This document shows positions 19,419 to 29,048 of a DNA stretch of 32,000 nt, one piece after another. The stretch is from Methanothermobacter thermautotrophicus str. Delta H (GTDB taxonomy: Archaea > Methanobacteriota > Methanobacteria > Methanobacteriales > Methanothermobacteraceae), in the NCBI RefSeq assembly GCF_000008645.1, contig NC_000916.1, positions 660,001 to 692,000 of the forward strand, in the 5' to 3' direction. The notes beneath the pieces were generated by a model that saw nothing but the letters and a program-made list of their open reading frames with translations, had not been told where the DNA came from and did not search any database. Position numbers and translations under genes: made by a program. Position 1 is the first letter of the stretch, and each line of letters starts with the position of its first letter.

Positions 19419-20204
19419 TCAGGAAATGGCCGGGCTGCCCCCATCCAGGTCAAGTTTCATGCCATCCCTCGCTGCCAGTGTCCTGATACCCGTTGCCTCC
19501 TGGACCTGAATGCCTCCATCTCAGGGTCGTTGAGTATCATCTTCATTCCAAGGTGGGTCATCACTGCAATACCAGGTTTCACATCCTCCACAAGTTTTAT
19601 GAAATCATCCGTACACATGTGGCCCCTTATATGCTCATCCCCTGGTCTTATGACGCTTGATATGAGGACATCCGCCCCCCGGTGGTAATCGGCAAGTCCA
19701 TCGAAGTACTCTGTATCCGAGGTATAGGACACTGAAAGATCATCAGTCCTTAACCTGAACCCCACACCTGTCGGGTCCCCATGGACGGTGCCTGTACCTG
19801 TAACCTCAAGATCCCCTATATCCACTGTCTCACCGGCTGATAGTGTTATGCATCGTGATCTTCTCATATGGTACTCTGATATGCATGGCCCCCAGTCCCT
19901 GTAACCCTCCATTACACTTAAACTTCCCAGGATGGTGCCCCTCTGGCGCGTCATGCCCCTGGTCATTGCCTCTATGAGTACCTCTGCATCGGTGTAGTGG
20001 TCAGTGTGTGAGTGGGATACCATCACAGCATCCAGCTTCCTGGGGTCAGAGTCAAACTGATAGGACCTCACAAGCGCCCCTGGACCCGGGTCGATGTGGA
20101 TGTTCATGCCGGCGATTCCATCAATCCTCAGCCCGCCGGTCATCCTTTTCTGTGTTATGGTGGCGAAATCGTCCGCCACCACTCCCTAGAAACGTTAACC
20201 TCAT
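19419..20204 (-). CDS. Metallo-beta-lactamase-fold hydrolase, with two apparent frameshifts
   Basis: Core [54 protein letters not shown]. The track ORF is 19457..20182, but the N-terminus [13 protein letters not shown] (from 20204) and C-terminus [28 protein letters not shown] (stop 19419) occur in neighbouring frames. Confidence 0.8.
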
Positions 20205-20244
20205 TCAATCACCCATCCTATCTTTATCCGTCGCCAATAAAAAT

Positions 20245-21174
20245 TTATTCCTCCCTGCGACAGATTATGACGTCACAGTCGACCTTTATATCTCTCCCCT
20301 CCACGCAGAGGTTCTCATCCCTTACAGCTATTTTCTCGCCGGGTGAAAGGGTGCCGCCATCTGATATCCTCATGAGTACCATGTCCCCTGGACCTGCAAC
20401 CTTCTTCCAGCGAGTGTCATAGGCCTCAACGTCACCGGCAAGTTTAACCTCCACGTGGCTCCCATCCTGCCTCATAACCCTGCCGACCTCACCCTCTGTG
20501 AGGATCCTTGAGGCCAGTTTTATCTCCTCCCGTCGGTCTAGCATCTCCTGTTTGAGTTTGGCCCTCCATTTCTGTAGGAGGCGGACGTCCCTCACGATTG
20601 TATCACTCAGAAGCCTGTGGGCGCTCTTCTTATCCAGTGAGGGGCTCTTTATGAACAGATCATATTCACTACCAACAGATGGTGTCTGTGAGGATACATG
20701 GTCCATGAGTTCCCTGAAGAGGTCAGCAACATCCTTAAGGCTTGTCTTTGTCTTCCACCTCTTTTTAAGGAACCTGTTTGTAATCTCCTTGGCTATCTTA
20801 TTTCCGAAGACTATTATTGCAGTATCACCCTTTTCCATGCTGGTTATCCTTGAACCTGTGAGTTCAATTATCTGATAGGCCCCTGTTGTTGCGTATATCC
20901 TTCTTCTTCTTGTCTCAAAGGGTGTTTTCTGGCTTATTTCACCCACAACAACGTCGCCAAGGCTTCTGACCTTGCATGTGTCATCTGTGACCTTTATATT
21001 TACGCCAAGCTCCGACGCCCTCCTCTGGAGTTCCTCATCACTTTTTATCTTGCCTGTGTACAGCTCCTCCTCAAGTACCTCTCTACTTGATTTATCACCA
21101 AAATAGGCTATTCTCCGTTTATCTCCAGCTATGACGCATCCCTTGCTACTTATGTAGGTTATGATGAGACTCAT
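20245..21174 (-). CDS. Conserved methanogen protein of unknown function (DUF2121-like)
   Basis: 309-aa ORF MSLIITYISSKGCVIAGDKRRIAYFGDKSSREVLEEELYTGKIKSDEELQRRASELGV...; family name recalled, not searched. Confidence 0.78.
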   Translation of the reverse strand: MSLIITYISSKGCVIAGDKRRIAYFGDKSSREVLEEELYTGKIKSDEELQRRASELGVNIKVTDDTCKVRSLGDVVVGEISQKTPFETRRRRIYATTGAYQIIELTGSRITSMEKGDTAIIVFGNKIAKEITNRFLKKRWKTKTSLKDVADLFRELMDHVSSQTPSVGSEYDLFIKSPSLDKKSAHRLLSDTIVRDVRLLQKWRAKLKQEMLDRREEIKLASRILTEGEVGRVMRQDGSHVEVKLAGDVEAYDTRWKKVAGPGDMVLMRISDGGTLSPGEKIAVRDENLCVEGRDIKVDCDVIICRREE

Positions 21175-21325
21175 TGTGGATCACCCGATCATCTATACAC
21201 ATGAATTTGATGGGACAGTTAATTAAAGGATTCGAATTTTATGATCGCCTCCCCTATTAGCATGGACCCCTTAATGAAAAACTGGCATGCATCATCAGAT
21301 GAATGAAGTGAAGAGATTAAGCAGC

Positions 21326-21353
21326 TCGGTAGTTGCTGTCTTCTTACTACCGA
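21326..21353. promoter_or_regulatory. Intergenic perfect 8-bp inverted repeat (hairpin-capable)
   Basis: TCGGTAGT-tgctgtcttctt-ACTACCGA in the divergent intergenic region between the DUF2121-like and YyaL-like genes. Confidence 0.6.
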
Positions 21354-21466
21354 ATCCAGATGAAGTACCGCACAGAGGAAGCAGAAGGTGACTGAAGATA
21401 ATAAGGTACAGTCAACCCCTCAATTAATAAAGCGCCATCAACATAAATAATGGTGAGGGGGAACCA

Positions 21467-23499
21467 ATGAAAGATGAGTACACCAATTCTCTCATAAAGG
21501 AGAAGAGTCCCTATTTACTGCAGCATGCACACAACCCTGTGAACTGGTATCCATGGGGTGATGATGCCTTCAGAAAGGCCCTGGCAGAGAGGAAACCCAT
21601 ATTTTTATCGATAGGATACTCCACCTGTCACTGGTGCCATGTGATGGCAAGGGAGTCCTTTGAGAACCCTGAAATCGCAGATATACTCAATCGAGACTTT
21701 GTTTCTGTTAAGGTGGACCGGGAGGAGCGCCCGGATATTGATGCCATATACATGAGGGTCTGCCAGATGATGACAGGTGCCGGGGGATGGCCCCTGACGA
21801 TCATCATGACACCCGAGGGTGAACCCTTCTTTGCAGGGACCTACTTCCCTCCAGAGGATAGGGGTGGAGTCCCGGGCCTTAAGACGATCCTTGAGAGGGT
21901 TGTGATGCTCTGGAAGAAGGACGCCGACGGGATAGCTGAGACCGCGAGGAAGGTCGTGGAGGCCCTGAAGGAAAAGCCCGCTTCATACCAGATTAAACCT
22001 GAAACCGTGGATATGGCCTACGAGTACCTCAGGAGGAATTTTGACAGGAAAAATGGTGGTTTCGGGTCTCAGCAGAAATTCCCAACTCCCCACAACATCC
22101 ACTTCCTCCTCACCTACCACCTCCGGAGGGGTGAGGGGGAGGCCCTTGAGATGGTCAGACTCACCCTGGAGAGGATGAGGTACGGTGGAATATATGACCA
22201 GCTGGGTTACGGTTTCCACAGATACGCTGTTGAACCAACATGGACGATACCCCACTTTGAGAAGATGCTCTATGACCAGGCCCTCGCAATGACAGCCTAC
22301 CTTGAGGCCTTCCAGGTGACGGGTGATGAGCTCCACCAGAGGACCGCCCTTGAGATTTCAGAGTATGTCCTCAGGGACCTCAAGTCCCGGAGGGTGGATT
22401 CTACTCGGCCGTGGATGCTGAAAGCGGTGGTGTTGAGGGTGGTTACTACCTCTGGAGGGCATCAGAGATACAGGAGGCCCTCGGTGATGATGCAGACCTT
22501 GTAATGCGCTACTTCAATGTTCTTGAGGATGGTAACTTCAGGGGCGAGGTGAGGGGTGCGAACATACTCCATGTGGATTCCCCTGAGAGGGTGGCAGAGG
22601 AGTTCAATCTGACCCTCGATGAACTTAATGAGAGGATAGAGGAGGCAAGGAGGGTCCTTCTTGAAAGAAGACTTGAACGTGAGGCCCCTTCTGTGGATGA
22701 TAAGGTGCTCACAGACTGGAATGGCCTGATGATCGGTGCCCTTGCACGCTGCAGCAGGGTTCTTGACCATGATGAATCCCTCAGGGCAGCTGAAGGGTGC
22801 CTTGAATTCATTGAGGGCAGGTTAATGTCCGATGGAAGGCTACTTCACAGGTACAGGGATGGCGAGGCAGCCATAAACGGGAAACTGGATGACTACGCAT
22901 TCCTGATATGGGGTCTCCTTGAAATGTATGATGCGACCCTCCGGGAGGGGTACATCAGAAAGGCCCTTGAACTCACAGAGATCCTCAGGGATAACTTCAG
23001 GGACTCTGATGGTGGTTTTTATCTCACAGATGATCCGGATGTTATTGTGAGGCCAAAGGAATCAATGGATGGGGCGATTCCATCAGGTAACTCTGTTCAG
23101 ATGCAGAACCTTCTGAGGCTCGGTGGTCTCCTCGAGGATGAAGGACTGATAGATGAGGCCAGGGGGATACTGAAAGCCTTCTCCAGGAGGGTTGAATCGT
23201 CTCCAGGGGCTCACACCTTCCTCCTGTCCTCTGCAGAGTGGGCAGTTTATGGTGGGAGGTCCCTGGTGGTTGTCTGCAGTGGAGAACCAGAAATACCTGC
23301 AGTTCTCAGGAAAACCCTGATCCCGGATTTCACCCTCACAGTTATGGGGGGATCAGGTGACTGGTCCTTTGCCCCGGCACACCTCAATGAGAAGGTGGCC
23401 CTGGGTGATGGGTGCACCTACTACCTCTGTGATGGCAGCAAATGCCACCCGCCAGCAGAGGACCCTGAAAGGGTCATCGAGTACCTGGGGGTGAAATAG
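21467..23499 (+). CDS. YyaL/SPATA20-type thioredoxin-domain protein (DUF255), with apparent frameshift near 22389-22391
   Basis: [93 protein letters not shown]; then frame change to [27 protein letters not shown]... continuing to 23499. Confidence 0.92.
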
Positions 23500-25527
23500 A
23501 TGGGCAGACAGAAAGACCATGAGAAAGGTCCCGGTGAAATTATGGAGAGCCACGGGCACCATGAGAAGAAGGGTAAGATGATGGACAGCCACGGGCACCA
23601 CGAGGAGGACTACAGGAGGAGGTTCATCATATGCCTCCTCATGACCATACCCGTGATCCTTTTAGGGGAGCTTCCAACTGGCAACGTCCTGTTCAGTTTT
23701 GAGGGCAGCGAATTTCTGGTGCTCATTCTATCATCAGCAATATTCCTGTATGGGGGATACCCCTTCCTCAGGGGGTCCCTGCGTGAGCTATCATCACGCA
23801 CCCCCGGTATGATGACACTCATTGCAGTTGCAATAACAGTGGCATACACCTACAGCCTCGGGGTGATTCTGGGCCTCGAGGGAATGGTATTCTTTGTTGA
23901 ACTCGTCACACTGATAGATGTTATGCTCCTGGGTCACTGGATCGAGATGAGATCCATAATGAGTGCATCAGGGGCTGTTGAGAGGCTTGCAGGACTGCTG
24001 CCCAGGAGGGCCCACCTGGTGGTTGACGGCAAGGTTGAGGACGTTGATGTGAGCACCCTCAAACCAGGTGACATTGTGGTTGTGAGGTCCGGTGAGAGGG
24101 TACCCTCAGATGGGACCGTCATCAGGGGGGAGTCCCATGTCAATGAATCACTGCTGACAGGGGAATCAAGGCCCATAAAGAAGGTGCCGGGGGATGGTGT
24201 CATCGGGGGCTCCATAAACACTGGGGGGTCCCTCACGGTGGAGGTTGAACGTGTGGGTGAGGAGTCCTTCATCTCCCAGATCATTGAACTCGTGGGCAGA
24301 GCCCAGGAGGGCAGGACAAGGACACAGGTCCTTGCGGACAAAGCCGCCTTCTGGTTAACCTCCATCGCCCTCCTCGGTGGGCTTCTAACCTTCATCGCCT
24401 GGTCCTGGCTGGGGATGGACGTATTCTTCTCCCTTGAAAGGGCCGTCACCCTCATGGTCACCGCTTGCCCCCATGCACTGGGACTTGCAATACCCCTCGT
24501 TATAGCCGTCTCAACAGCCATCTCCGCAGGGAGGGGTATACTCATAAGGAACCGTGAATCCTTTGAGAATGCCCGGGACCCTGATGTGGTTGTATTTGAC
24601 AAGACAGGGACACTCACCATGGGTGAGCTTGGAATAACCGATGTTATATCCTTTGACCCTGAAATGGATGAGGGAGAAATATTATCCTACGCCGCGGCCG
24701 TTGAATCAGGATCAAGCCACCCCATAGCAAGGGGGATAGTTGAAGCCGTTGCTGAGGTCCTTCCGGTGGAGAACTTCAACTCACTTGAGGGCAGGGGTGT
24801 GATGGGGCATGTTAACGGCTCAGTGGTGAAGGTGCTCAGTTACGGCTACACAGAGGAGCTTGGTTTCAGCATCAGTGACCCCCGGGTTGATGAACTGATA
24901 GGTCAGGCCAAGACCACCGTATTTGTGATTGTGGATGATGAACTAAGGGGCTGCATCGCCCTTGCAGACATGATAAGGCCCGAGGCCCGGGAGGCTGTGG
25001 GGATCCTCAGATCAAGGGGTGTCAGGTGCCTCATGTTAACAGGTGACAGCAGTGCAGTGGCTGGGTGGGTGGCCTCAGAGGTTGGTATAGACGATTACAT
25101 GGCTGAGCTCATACCCATTGAGAAGTATGATGAAATAAGGAAGCTTCAGGAGGAGGGGCTGAGGGTTGTAATGGTCGGTGATGGTGTCAACGATGCCCCG
25201 GCCCTTGTACAGGCAGACATTGGTGTTGCAATAGGGGCCGGAACGGATGTTGCAATCGAGAGTGCCGATGTTGTCCTTGTGAGGAGCAACCCCCTTGACG
25301 TTGTGGACCTGATGGATCTTGCAGCAGCCACCTACAGCAAGATGAAGGAGAACCTCATCTGGGCCACAGGATACAATGTCATAGCCCTCCCTCTGGCGGC
25401 AGGAGTCCTCTACGGGCAGGGTATCATCCTCAGTCCCGCCATGGGAGCCATCCTGATGTCACTGAGCACCGTCATAGTCGCCCTGAACGCAAGGACCTTC
25501 AGCTTCAGTGGGCAGAGCGGCCGTTAA
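23500..25527 (+). CDS. Heavy-metal P1B-type ATPase, CopB-like (CPH motif, His-rich N-terminus)
   Basis: ESHGHHEKKGKMMDSHGHHEED N-terminus, LLTGESRP, VTACPHALGLAIPLV, VVFDKTGTLTMGE, MVGDGVNDAPALVQADIGVAIGAGTDVAIESADVVL. Confidence 0.93.
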   Translation: MGRQKDHEKGPGEIMESHGHHEKKGKMMDSHGHHEEDYRRRFIICLLMTIPVILLGELPTGNVLFSFEGSEFLVLILSSAIFLYGGYPFLRGSLRELSSRTPGMMTLIAVAITVAYTYSLGVILGLEGMVFFVELVTLIDVMLLGHWIEMRSIMSASGAVERLAGLLPRRAHLVVDGKVEDVDVSTLKPGDIVVVRSGERVPSDGTVIRGESHVNESLLTGESRPIKKVPGDGVIGGSINTGGSLTVEVERVGEESFISQIIELVGRAQEGRTRTQVLADKAAFWLTSIALLGGLLTFIAWSWLGMDVFFSLERAVTLMVTACPHALGLAIPLVIAVSTAISAGRGILIRNRESFENARDPDVVVFDKTGTLTMGELGITDVISFDPEMDEGEILSYAAAVESGSSHPIARGIVEAVAEVLPVENFNSLEGRGVMGHVNGSVVKVLSYGYTEELGFSISDPRVDELIGQAKTTVFVIVDDELRGCIALADMIRPEAREAVGILRSRGVRCLMLTGDSSAVAGWVASEVGIDDYMAELIPIEKYDEIRKLQEEGLRVVMVGDGVNDAPALVQADIGVAIGAGTDVAIESADVVLVRSNPLDVVDLMDLAAATYSKMKENLIWATGYNVIALPLAAGVLYGQGIILSPAMGAILMSLSTVIVALNARTFSFSGQSGR

Positions 25528-25644
25528 ATCCATGTCTAAGCAACAAAAATGGGCTTAGACATTTCATTCCCTCAACCACGTACCATCAAAATCCATGCCT
25601 CAGCAGCTGCCAGACATAAAATGAAAGGATTTAATATGATGTTC

Positions 25645-25662
25645 TACATAGTATCCTATGTA
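25645..25662. promoter_or_regulatory. Palindromic operator-like element upstream of rubrerythrin
   Basis: TACATAG-TATC-CTATGTA, perfect 7-bp arms, just downstream of an AT-rich TTTAATAT stretch. Confidence 0.6.
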
Positions 25663-25672
25663 AAAAGGATGG

Positions 25673-26266
25673 GTGAAGAAAATGAAAAGAACCCTTGAAA
25701 ACCTTACAAAGGCCTTTATTGGTGAGAGCCAGGCAAGGAACAGGTACACCTTCTATGCCAAAATCGCCAAGAAGGAAGGATTTGAGCAGATATCCGAGAT
25801 ATTCCTGACCACGGCGGATAATGAGAGGGAGCATGCCAAGTGGCTCTTCCGCCTGATAAATGACCTCAAAAAGGAGGTCGGTGAGGACCTCAGCTCAATC
25901 GTGGTAGATGCGGAGGCTCCCCTCACACTTGGAACCACAGATGAGAACCTCATAGCAGCCATTGAGGGTGAGCACTATGAGAACAGCGAGATGTACCCTG
26001 AATTTGCTGATGTGGCAGAGGAGGAGGGATACCCTGAAATTGCAAAGAGGCTCAGAGCAATAGCCGAGGCAGAGAAACACCACGAGGAACGCTACAGAAA
26101 GCTCCTCAAGCTGGTTGAGACAGGTAAGGTTTACAGGAAGGATGAACCCGTGACCTGGGTCTGCAGAAAATGCGGCTACGTCCATGAGGGAACAGAACCA
26201 CCTGAGAAGTGTCCATCATGTGACCATCCGTCCAGATACTTCCAGGTGAAATGTGAGGACTACTGA
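25673..26266 (+). CDS. Rubrerythrin
   Basis: [52 protein letters not shown]-terminal rubredoxin-like [29 protein letters not shown]. Start could be GTG 25673 or ATG 25682. Confidence 0.96.
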   Translation: MKKMKRTLENLTKAFIGESQARNRYTFYAKIAKKEGFEQISEIFLTTADNEREHAKWLFRLINDLKKEVGEDLSSIVVDAEAPLTLGTTDENLIAAIEGEHYENSEMYPEFADVAEEEGYPEIAKRLRAIAEAEKHHEERYRKLLKLVETGKVYRKDEPVTWVCRKCGYVHEGTEPPEKCPSCDHPSRYFQVKCEDY

Positions 26267-26276
26267 AGGGTCACCA

Positions 26277-26651
26277 ATGACAGAAACCAACCAGATATTC
26301 AGATGCAACGTCTGCGGAAATATCGTTGAAGTCCTTAACCCCGGAGCTGGACAGCTTGTATGCTGTAATCAGCCCATGGAACTACTGGTTGCAAGAAGAA
26401 CCGATGTTGGACCAGAGAAGCATGTCCCGGTGGTCGAAGAAACCGGTACTGGCATCAGGGTTAAGGTGGGTGAGGTTCCACACCCCATGGAGGAGAACCA
26501 CCACATCCAGTGGATAGAGGTTATTGCCGGAGACATGGTCTACAGGAAGGACCTGAACCCTGGAGACAATCCAGAGGCAGAGTTCCCTGTTGAGATGGCT
26601 TCAGACTTCATGGTGAGGATCTACTGCAATATACATGGTCTCTGGTACTGA
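26277..26651 (+). CDS. Desulfoferrodoxin / superoxide reductase
   Basis: FRCNVCGNIVEVLNPGAGQLVCCNQPME (desulforedoxin domain) followed by EKHVPVVE, HPMEENHHIQWIEV, YCNIHGLW. The ATG at 26277 is preferred over the track start 26253. Confidence 0.95.
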   Translation: MTETNQIFRCNVCGNIVEVLNPGAGQLVCCNQPMELLVARRTDVGPEKHVPVVEETGTGIRVKVGEVPHPMEENHHIQWIEVIAGDMVYRKDLNPGDNPEAEFPVEMASDFMVRIYCNIHGLWY

Positions 26652-26689
26652 GACACAGGATTACCTTTTTTTAGCCAGGAGGTCCCGAT

Positions 26690-27040
26690 GTGAAGATTAA
26701 GTATGCCACCATAATAGTTGATGAGATGGAGGAGTCTGTTAAATTCTACAGGGATGTGATGGGGTTCACTGTAGACAGCCATTACGATCTTGGAGCCAGC
26801 GGAGAGATAACAATCCTGAGGGGTGAAGGAGAAGCCATGGTGGAGCTGATCAAAAACCCCACCGATAAACCCGGATTCTTTTCAATAGGAATGGAGGTCG
26901 ATGACCTCGAAGCCACCCTGAATGATCTGAGATCGCGTGGAGCAAGGGTCCTTATGGAACCGACACCAATAACGGTGGGGCTCCTGGCATTCATTGAGGA
27001 CCCGAATGGAGTCCGTATAGCCCTGATTGAGCACCGTTAA
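26690..27040 (+). CDS. Glyoxalase/bleomycin-resistance (VOC) superfamily protein
   Basis: MKIKYATIIVDEMEESVKFYRDVMGFTVDS ... FFSIGMEVDDLEATLNDLRSRGARVL ... FIEDPNGVRIALIE. Confidence 0.92.
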   Translation: MKIKYATIIVDEMEESVKFYRDVMGFTVDSHYDLGASGEITILRGEGEAMVELIKNPTDKPGFFSIGMEVDDLEATLNDLRSRGARVLMEPTPITVGLLAFIEDPNGVRIALIEHR

Positions 27041-27115
27041 TCAATAAATAAATCGTCACTCTGAAACATCCTGAACCCCAAAACTTTTATTTTCCAGAAT
27101 ATAAAGAAATCCAAC

Positions 27116-27604
27116 ATGAAGCGTATCCATTTTATCAGCCTTTTAATTCTCGTTGTGGCTGTGAGTGGGTGTATAAACTCGGGAAACGGCAGCATAAACC
27201 AGCTGGTGCCCGAGATAAACGACCATATAAAGAAGGGTGACTCCTATTTCAATGAATCCGCCATTGCAGCCAACAGCTTCAAACTCGATGAGGCACTATC
27301 AAAGTGTGAACTCGCAGCTTCAGAGTACAGGTCCGCCAGGGACCTTGCATCGGAGGCCCTGGGCTATGCCAGGAACGGTGCAGACCCGGTAATTGTTAAT
27401 TACCTCGAACTCCTTGTATCTGAACTTGAGGCCAAGATAAACGCAACCATTGAACTTAAAAATGCCATCCAGATGTTCAGTATCAATGAAACAGGAAACG
27501 GTAACTCCAACATTGAAATGGCAAACAGCTACATGAGGACCGCAAAGGAGCTTGAAAGTGAAAGGATGGAAATTGTGAAAAAAAATCCGGAAAAATTCAG
27601 CTAA
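27116..27604 (+). CDS. Predicted secreted lipoprotein, coiled-coil rich, unknown function
   Basis: Signal peptide with lipobox-like MKRIHFISLLILVVAVSGC, followed by helical repeats (SYFNESAIAANSFKLDEALSKCELAASEY). Confidence 0.75.
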   Translation: MKRIHFISLLILVVAVSGCINSGNGSINQLVPEINDHIKKGDSYFNESAIAANSFKLDEALSKCELAASEYRSARDLASEALGYARNGADPVIVNYLELLVSELEAKINATIELKNAIQMFSINETGNGNSNIEMANSYMRTAKELESERMEIVKKNPEKFS

Positions 27605-27629
27605 ACGATCAGACTCATCCAAGTCATTT

Positions 27630-28829
27630 TTAATTCCCCCTTTCAACCTCCAGGAACCTCTCACCTGTCCATTTCACAGCCAGGGATCCGAGGGGTGCTG
27701 TGAAGAGGATGGCAAGTACAGCCATTGCGAGTATTGTTTCACCGGCAGCCACTCCAGCAGCAAGGGGTATTGCTCCTATAGCTGCCTGGACTGTGGCCTT
27801 TGGTATGTACGCCGATATGCAGAACACCTTCTCCTTAAGGTTAAGATCCGTTCCCTTGAGGGAGAGCAGGACACCGATACTCCTCACCATCAGTCCAGCG
27901 GTGATCACTGCAAGTCCCAGAAGGCCGACATGGAATATGAGCCTCACATCCACCTGTGCACCTACAAGGACGAAGAGTAGTATCTCCGCGAATATCCAGA
28001 CCTTGTTGAACTTCTCAGATAATTTGAGTCCAGTCTCGGGCATCCTCTCCAGGATGACAAGTCCCACCACCATGACACCCACAAGGGCGGCTATCGGGAG
28101 ATAGGTGCTAATAAGGTCCCCCATGTTCTTGAGGAGGATGGCTGCACCTAGGATTATGAGGGTTTTCTCGGTGTTCCTTATCTCAAACCTCCTGAAGAGA
28201 TATACCAGGGCAAGACCAAGTGCAAGGCCTCCAGTTATCCCCGTCAGGATTGATAGTGGAACTCCAATGGCCTCGACAAGGAGATTAACCTGCTGTCCCT
28301 GATATATGCCGAGGAATACAGAGAACAGCGTTATTGAAACAACATCATCAACTGATGCCCCCGTCAGTATAATCGTGGGTATGCCCTTGGCTGTTCCCAT
28401 CCTCCTCTCAATGAATGAGAGCATCTGGGGAACTATGACTGCCGGTGAGACTGCGGCTATAACAAAGCCCAGTATACCCGCCTCAATGATGGGAAGTCCA
28501 AGTATGTAGTGTGAGGCCACCATCACCGCAAGGCCCTCAAAGACGTCCGGGATGAAGCTCATCTTGACTGCAGTCATTCCCACCTTCCTGAGGCTCTCGA
28601 GGTTTATACCAAACCCTGCCCTCAGAAGGATTATTATGAGGGCTATAACCCTGAGGTCGGGGGATATATCCATTATGCTCTTTGATATGAGGTTCAATCC
28701 ATGGGGGCCTATAAGGATACCCAGTATCAGCATCCCCAGGATTCCCGGGAGCCTTGCCCTGGTGAAAACCCTGTTGAATAGAAGACCAAGTAGTATGATA
28801 ACAGCTACGCTAAATGCAACGTACTCCAA
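27630..28829 (-). CDS. Sodium/proton antiporter (CPA family)
   Basis: About 12 TM segments; RLPGILGMLILGILIGPHGLNLI, VIAAVSPAVIVPQMLSF, GASVDDVVSITLFSVFLG. Confidence 0.88.
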   Translation of the reverse strand: MEYVAFSVAVIILLGLLFNRVFTRARLPGILGMLILGILIGPHGLNLISKSIMDISPDLRVIALIIILLRAGFGINLESLRKVGMTAVKMSFIPDVFEGLAVMVASHYILGLPIIEAGILGFVIAAVSPAVIVPQMLSFIERRMGTAKGIPTIILTGASVDDVVSITLFSVFLGIYQGQQVNLLVEAIGVPLSILTGITGGLALGLALVYLFRRFEIRNTEKTLIILGAAILLKNMGDLISTYLPIAALVGVMVVGLVILERMPETGLKLSEKFNKVWIFAEILLFVLVGAQVDVRLIFHVGLLGLAVITAGLMVRSIGVLLSLKGTDLNLKEKVFCISAYIPKATVQAAIGAIPLAAGVAAGETILAMAVLAILFTAPLGSLAVKWTGERFLEVERGN

Positions 28830-29048
28830 ATTTATACCTCCAGTTTGAGGAAAGTTTCTCCCACATTATTATGCAGGAGTCATCAGCCAGAAAAAGCGGT
28901 TAAAGGTGGACTCCATCACCTGCAGGATGTAATTTATCTCCATATTTATCCATTATATACTTTATGAATGCTGAACATGACCTTTCAGTTAGTATAAAAA
29001 AGTGGAAAATCTCCGGGACCAGGGAATTCATGTTCCAGGAGAAGGCAT

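Noticed and set aside
3121-22391. Programmed ribosomal frameshifting as explanation for the split genes
   Set aside because: No shared slippery heptamer or obvious downstream pseudoknot, and the affected genes are unrelated. Missing bases in G/C runs are a simpler explanation.
22462-22811. Minus-strand ORFs of 100-102 aa over the DUF255 frameshift
   Set aside because: Entirely inside conserved coding sequence on the other strand.
23934-24620. 228-aa - strand ORF
   Set aside because: Antisense to the well-supported CopB-type ATPase.
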